Below are positions 17,206 through 21,997 of a stretch of 21,997 bases of DNA, piece after piece. Source of the stretch: an uncultured Gammaproteobacteria bacterium (GTDB taxonomy: Bacteria > Patescibacteriota > Patescibacteriia > UBA2591 > UBA6264); NCBI GenBank assembly GCA_964617525.1, contig CAZTWG010000005.1:1-21997 (forward strand), given 5' to 3'. Under the pieces are notes generated by a model. The model worked only from the letters and a program-made list of their open reading frames with translations. It searched no databases and had not been told where the DNA came from. A program made the position numbers and the translations under genes. Every line of letters begins with the position of its first letter. The first letter of the stretch is position 1.

Positions 17206-18483
17206 ATGTATTCAGAAAAGATTTTTCCAAATGGTTTTAAATTAATTACAGCACCAACACAAAATACAAAAACAGTTACTGTTTTGCTTTTATTGCCAGC
17301 TGGGTCCCGTTATGAAAGTAGAGGATTATATGGGGCTTCGCATTTTATTGAACATTTAATGTTTAAGGGAACCTCTCGTCGACCAAGCAGTTTAGCTATT
17401 GCCAAAGAATTGGATAAAATTGGAGCTCATTTTAACGCTTTTACTTCTAAAGACCATACTGGTTATTGGATTAAAACAACGGCTAATAAAGTCAAGGTTA
17501 GTTTTGATGTTATTTCAGATATGCTTTTTCATTCTCTTTTTAATCCATCAGAATTTAAACAAGAGAAGAATGTTATTTTAGAGGAAATAAAGATGTACGA
17601 AGAAAATCCTTTAATGTATATTGATGAATTTTTTGAAGAAACTCTTTATTCTACCCATATATTGGGTAAGCCGATAAGCGGTCGTAGTGCAGATGTCAAA
17701 AAAATGAGTTTAACTAAATTAATTAATTATAGAGATAAATTTTATCAATCCAGTCAGATGGTTATGGCAGTAGCTGGTAATTTTGATAGGTCTGAGATAA
17801 TTAAGTTAAGCAAAAAATATTTTGCTGACAATTTAACAAAAAAGAAAAAAAATAAGTATGAGGTTTTTAGACTTAATGGGAAAAGTAATAATAAAGTCCG
17901 AATTTTATATAGAAATATTCAACAAGCACAAATTGCCTTAGGTGGGTTTGCTTACCCTTATGGTGACCCCAGAACAGAAACCATGCTTCTTTTGTCAATT
18001 ATATTAGGTGGAAATATGAGTTCTCGTCTTTTTGGAGAGGTTAGAGTTAAGAGAGGGTTGGCTTATTCTATTAAAACAGATTTGAATTCCTATCAAGATA
18101 TCGGGAGTTATGCTATTTGCGCTGGAGTAGATAAGGAAAAAGTTTCTCAAACTTTAAAAGTTATTTTACGTGAACTAAAAAGGATGAAAGAACATGGCGT
18201 TAGCCAAGAGGAGCTTAAGAGAGCTAAAGATTATTTTCAAGGTGTTATGCTTTTATCTTTAGAAAATTCTCTGACTTTAAGTTCTTGGTATGCCAGGCAA
18301 GGTTTGTTCTCGAAGGAAATAATAACCCCCCAACAGAGGTTGAAAAGAATTAAAGCTGTTAGGACGGAAGATATAGAAATTCTAGCTAATAGTCTTTTCA
18401 AAAAGAATAGTTTTAGTTTATCTATTATAGGCCCATTTAAACATTTAACTCAATTCTTGCGGGTTTTAGAAGAAGGGATATAA
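17206..18483 (+). CDS. Peptidase M16 (pitrilysin/insulinase family) zinc protease
   Basis: 425-aa ORF with the inverted zinc motif HxxEH (ASHFIEHLMFKGT) and the downstream E (NVILEEIKMYEE). Confidence 0.85.
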   Translation: MYSEKIFPNGFKLITAPTQNTKTVTVLLLLPAGSRYESRGLYGASHFIEHLMFKGTSRRPSSLAIAKELDKIGAHFNAFTSKDHTGYWIKTTANKVKVSFDVISDMLFHSLFNPSEFKQEKNVILEEIKMYEENPLMYIDEFFEETLYSTHILGKPISGRSADVKKMSLTKLINYRDKFYQSSQMVMAVAGNFDRSEIIKLSKKYFADNLTKKKKNKYEVFRLNGKSNNKVRILYRNIQQAQIALGGFAYPYGDPRTETMLLLSIILGGNMSSRLFGEVRVKRGLAYSIKTDLNSYQDIGSYAICAGVDKEKVSQTLKVILRELKRMKEHGVSQEELKRAKDYFQGVMLLSLENSLTLSSWYARQGLFSKEIITPQQRLKRIKAVRTEDIEILANSLFKKNSFSLSIIGPFKHLTQFLRVLEEGI

Positions 18484-18509
18484 TAGATATAAGATATAGA
18501 AAATAAAAA

Positions 18510-18530
18510 TTTATAATTTATAATTTATAA
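18510..18530. repeat. Tandem heptad (TTTATAA)x3
   Basis: Three exact 7-nt units, each creating a TATAAT hexamer (18512-18517, 18519-18524, 18526-18531). The array ends 4 nt before the ATG at 18535. Confidence 0.7.
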
Positions 18531-18534
18531 TTAT

Positions 18535-19554
18535 ATGTCAGAGCAAAAAATTACAATTATTAAACCTGACATTTTGTCAATCGTAAAGATTGTAGGTATT
18601 TGTCTGGGGTTATGGTTTTTGTATGTTATTCGTGATATTATTTTGATAGTTCTGTTTGCTGGTCTTTTAGCAACAATCATTACTCCAATGGTGAATTATC
18701 TTGAGCGCAAAAAAATACCCCGTTGGTTAGGTGCATTTTTTGTTTATATAATTATTTTTCTGATTTTAGGGTTAATCGGTTGGGCGGTAGTGCCTATGGC
18801 AATTAGTCAAAGTAAACTTTTTGCAGAACAAGTTCCAGCAATTTTGGAGTCATTTTTGACTAACGCTCCAATTAAAACGCAAATACAATTTTCTGGTTTA
18901 CTGGATAAGTGGATGAATACATCACCAATCACCGGTAAAGCATTTTTCTCTCTATTGGGAGGTGTCGCAGGACAAGTCGTTTCTTTTCTAATGGTTCTAG
19001 TTATTACTTTTTATTTATCAGTTAGAAAAAAGGGATCGCAACCTAGTTTTAGTTCCTTTCTGCCACTTAAGTATCAAGAATTATTTAGAAATTTTACAAA
19101 TTCTAGCCAAAAGGAGATTGGCGATTGGAGTCGGGGAATGTTAATTCTTTGTTTGTTCGTCGGAATATTAACATACATTGGTTTATCTATTTTGGGAGTA
19201 AAATTTGCCTTAACGTTAGCTCTAATCGCAGCATTAACAGAACTTGTCCCATACATTGGACCTTGGTTGGGTGGTGTTCCTGCGGTAATGATTGCTTTTC
19301 TTCATTCTCCCGTATTAGCTTTAGCCGTTATTATTTTATATATTGTTATTCAGCAAGTTCAAAATACATTGGTTACTCCATATATAATGCATCGTGCTGT
19401 CGGACTTGACCCATTAATAATTGTTGTTATTTTGTTAATTGGGGGGAAAATAGCTGGTCCCCTTGGAATGATATTAGCTGTGCCAGCTGCAACAATTCTT
19501 TCTATTTTGCTCAGGGAATATTTGAGATACAAAAAGTCTATAGTTAAAGATTAA
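18535..19554 (+). CDS. AI-2E family transporter (PerM/UPF0118-type permease)
   Basis: 339-aa polytopic membrane ORF with the family-typical C-terminal half (TELVPYIGPWLGGVPAV ... QQVQNTLVTPYIM ... GPLGMILAVPAA). Confidence 0.8.
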   Translation: MSEQKITIIKPDILSIVKIVGICLGLWFLYVIRDIILIVLFAGLLATIITPMVNYLERKKIPRWLGAFFVYIIIFLILGLIGWAVVPMAISQSKLFAEQVPAILESFLTNAPIKTQIQFSGLLDKWMNTSPITGKAFFSLLGGVAGQVVSFLMVLVITFYLSVRKKGSQPSFSSFLPLKYQELFRNFTNSSQKEIGDWSRGMLILCLFVGILTYIGLSILGVKFALTLALIAALTELVPYIGPWLGGVPAVMIAFLHSPVLALAVIILYIVIQQVQNTLVTPYIMHRAVGLDPLIIVVILLIGGKIAGPLGMILAVPAATILSILLREYLRYKKSIVKD

Positions 19555-19569
19555 CCTTTTATTTAATAT

Positions 19570-20577
19570 ATGTTTGTAAAAAAAATAGGGATAGATTTAG
19601 GGACAACTAATATTTTGGTTTACTTACCAAACAAAGGGATTGTTACTAACGAACCTTCAGTTGTGGCGATCTCTACCATAGATAAAAGTGTTCTAGCTGT
19701 TGGCGACGATGCTAAGGAAATGATAGGAAGAACTCCAGATACTATTGTTGCTAAGAGACCATTAAGAGATGGAGTGATAGCTGATTACAAAACTACTGAG
19801 GCTATGTTGCGTTATTTTGTCGGCAAAGCTATGGGTCGTTTTAGTTTTTTTCGTCCAGAAGTAATGGTGGCCGTCCCCGGGGGGATTACGTCTACTGAAA
19901 AAAGAGCCGTTGTAGATGCTACTATGAAGGCGGGGGCTAAAGCAGCTTATATCATCAAAGAGCCGATTGCCGCTGCTATTGGCTCTAATATTCCCATTGG
20001 TTCAGCTGAGGGGCACATGATTATTGATATTGGGGGAGGGACTACCGAAGCAGCAGTTATTTCCCTGGGAGGTATTGTGGCCTGTACTTCAGTTAGAGTC
20101 GCTGGCAATAAATTAGATTCGGTTATTGCTAGTTTTATTCGTAAAAAATACAATTTAGCGGTTGGCGAAAGGACTGCCGAGCAAATTAAAATCAAAATAG
20201 GGTCAGCCTTACCTTTAGAAAAGAAATTAAAATTAGATATTAAGGGTCGAGACATGATATTAGGGTTACCTCGCATTATTACTATTAATTCTGACGATAT
20301 TACTGAGGCTATCCAAGATGAGTTAGCAGCCATTATTACTGCAGTTAAATCAGTGCTTTATGATACTCCCCCAGAGTTATCTGCCGACGTGATGAGTAAA
20401 GGTATGGTCTTGTCTGGAGGGAGCTCTCTTTTGAAAAATTTAGACAAATTACTTACTAATGCTATTGGAGTTCCTGCTTATTTATCCGAAGAGCCTTTGT
20501 TGTCAGTAGCGAAGGGCACTGGAATGGCTTTAGATAATCTAGATTCATACAAGCGTAGTATTATGGCGACTAAGTAA
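19570..20577 (+). CDS. mreB: Rod shape-determining actin homologue MreB
   Basis: 335-aa ORF with the actin-fold phosphate and adenosine motifs (IGIDLGTTN; IIDIGGGTTE; VLSGGSSLL). RDGVIADY is MreB-typical. Confidence 0.95.
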   Translation: MFVKKIGIDLGTTNILVYLPNKGIVTNEPSVVAISTIDKSVLAVGDDAKEMIGRTPDTIVAKRPLRDGVIADYKTTEAMLRYFVGKAMGRFSFFRPEVMVAVPGGITSTEKRAVVDATMKAGAKAAYIIKEPIAAAIGSNIPIGSAEGHMIIDIGGGTTEAAVISLGGIVACTSVRVAGNKLDSVIASFIRKKYNLAVGERTAEQIKIKIGSALPLEKKLKLDIKGRDMILGLPRIITINSDDITEAIQDELAAIITAVKSVLYDTPPELSADVMSKGMVLSGGSSLLKNLDKLLTNAIGVPAYLSEEPLLSVAKGTGMALDNLDSYKRSIMATK

Positions 20578-20618
20578 TAGAATGCAAAATCTTGGAATAT
20601 TAGAACAACTAATTTGTT

Positions 20619-21749
20619 ATGATTATTGGCATTGACGCTTCGCGAGCAAATAAAAAACAAAAGACTGGCATTGAATGGTATTCTTATTATTTAATACAAG
20701 AATTAAAGAAAATATCTCTTGCCCCAGGGGATAAATTTATTTTATATACTCCATTTAAACTTCAAGGGCCTTTGGCTGAAATGCCAACTAATTGGGAGGA
20801 AAGAGTTTTGAGATGGCCTCTCAAATATTTGTGGACCCAGATAAGGTTAGCTTGGGAGATGATGTCCTGTCCGCCAAACATTTTATTTGTCCCAGCTCAT
20901 TGTCTTCCTTTGTTTTCTTCAGTTAAAAAAATTGTAACTATTCATGACCTAGGATTTAAACATTTTCCTAAAACTTATTCTTTCTTTCAAAGGATTTTCT
21001 ACTTTATCTCTCATTATTGGTCTTTAAAGATTGCCCAAGAAATTATTGTCCCTTCTGAGTTTACAAAGAATGATATTTTGAATAATTTTTATTCTACTAA
21101 GAAAAAAATTACAGTTATTCCTTTAGGCTATAGCTTTAAAAATGATTTATCTAATATTCGAATTAAAACTAATTTAGTTTTAGATAAATATAAAATAAAA
21201 AAGCCATTCCTTTTTTACTTAGGACGTTTAGAAAAAAAGAAAAATATTCTTGGTCTAATTAAAGCTTATCAAGAATTAAAAAGATACAAAAATAAAATAG
21301 AAATTCCTGATTTAATTTTAGGGGGCAAGCCTGGGTATGGATATGCAAAAATTAAGAAGGAAATATTAGCCTCAGAAAATATTAAAGAAATTGGATACAT
21401 TGCCTCCGAAGATTTGCCTGCTCTGTATTCTTCAGCTTTAGCTTTTATTTTTCCTTCTTTCTATGAAGGGTTTGGGCTCCCCTTGCTAGAAGCTATGGCC
21501 AATAATTGCCCAGTACTATCTAGTGATGCTGGTTCTTTGCCAGAGGTTGGCGGAGAAGCTGCTTTATATTTTAATCCTTTTGACATAGAAGATATTAAGA
21601 ATGTTATGTTTAGTATCATTAAAGACAATGACCTTAGAAAAAAATTAATTAAAAAGGGGAATAGGCGTGTTCAATTTTTTTCTTGGCAAAAATGTGCTCA
21701 GGATACTAAAAGGGTTTTATTTTCAAGTAAAAAATATTTTAAAAAATGA
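20619..21749 (+). CDS. Glycosyltransferase, GT-B fold, family 1/4 (paralogue of 6445-7623)
   Basis: 376-aa ORF with FPSFYEGFGLPLLEAMANNCPVLSSD. It shares the IGID N-terminus and overall layout with the first GT. Confidence 0.85.
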   Translation: MIIGIDASRANKKQKTGIEWYSYYLIQELKKISLAPGDKFILYTPFKLQGPLAEMPTNWEERVLRWPLKYLWTQIRLAWEMMSCPPNILFVPAHCLPLFSSVKKIVTIHDLGFKHFPKTYSFFQRIFYFISHYWSLKIAQEIIVPSEFTKNDILNNFYSTKKKITVIPLGYSFKNDLSNIRIKTNLVLDKYKIKKPFLFYLGRLEKKKNILGLIKAYQELKRYKNKIEIPDLILGGKPGYGYAKIKKEILASENIKEIGYIASEDLPALYSSALAFIFPSFYEGFGLPLLEAMANNCPVLSSDAGSLPEVGGEAALYFNPFDIEDIKNVMFSIIKDNDLRKKLIKKGNRRVQFFSWQKCAQDTKRVLFSSKKYFKK

Positions 21750-21997
21750 ATATTGTTGGCCATCAAAAAATTATAGAGTTTTTAAGAAATAGTATTAAGA
21801 ATAAAATGCTAGCACAATCTTATTTGTTCTGTGGTCCAGAGCATGTTGGCAAAAGGGCAACAGCTGTATACTTTGCCGCTAATTTACTTTGCAACTCTCA
21901 GGACTCTCCTTGTTTCGAATGTGAGTCTTGTCGTCAGATACTCAAAGGGAAGCATCCTGATGTTCATTTTATTAGGAAAATTGATGGTAAGGATATT
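21746..21997 (+). CDS. holB: DNA polymerase III delta-prime subunit (clamp-loader AAA+), 5' fragment running off the window
   Basis: My own translation (not in the ORF track because no stop is reached): MNIVGHQKIIEFLRNSIKNKMLAQSYLFCGPEHVGKRATAVYFAANLLCNSQDSPCFECESCRQILKGKHPDVHFIRK.... It has a P-loop-like GPxxxGK, a CxxCxxC zinc module and GxHPD. The ATG overlaps the GT stop (ATGA). A DnaX (tau/gamma) assignment cannot be fully excluded from 84 residues. Confidence 0.6.
   Translation, partial: MNIVGHQKIIEFLRNSIKNKMLAQSYLFCGPEHVGKRATAVYFAANLLCNSQDSPCFECESCRQILKGKHPDVHFIRKIDGKDI

Overview
AT-rich (by eye about one-third G+C), tightly packed and almost entirely housekeeping. Standard genetic code: all long ORFs are intact and end in TAA, TAG or TGA. 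I can support 22 protein genes (one cut by the right edge), one tmRNA and one tRNA-Glu. The minus-strand block (1-6293) holds rpsL-rpsG-fusA, then ssrA (tmRNA), then infC-rpmI. It also holds an M50 (site-2 type) metalloprotease and smpB, with rpmB the only plus-strand gene among them. The plus-strand block (6445-end) runs GT4 glycosyltransferase, two membrane-anchored proteins of unknown function, ileS (type 2), recO, tgt, tRNA-Glu(UUC), a glutaredoxin-like protein, an HD-domain protein, rbfA, glyQS, an M16 peptidase, an AI-2E family permease, mreB, a second GT4 glycosyltransferase and the 5' part of holB. Composition, compaction, lack of Shine-Dalgarno motifs and idiosyncratic insertions in core proteins suggest a small-genome, CPR/Patescibacteria-like bacterium; this is inference only. 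I see no CRISPR array, transposase, integrase, toxin-antitoxin pair or recognisable defence gene, and no convincing novel multi-gene system. Five things merit a second look. (1) A GC-rich 22-nt palindrome occurs twice, once in frame inside tgt where the protein has an extra loop, and once as the tgt terminator. (2) A 407-bp non-coding gap lies between rpmB and smpB, with promoter-like and terminator-like signals. (3) The tmRNA has a non-canonical T-loop. (4) A GT4, small bitopic protein and large beta-sandwich-repeat surface protein sit together as a cluster of unknown function. (5) No Shine-Dalgarno motif precedes any gene start.
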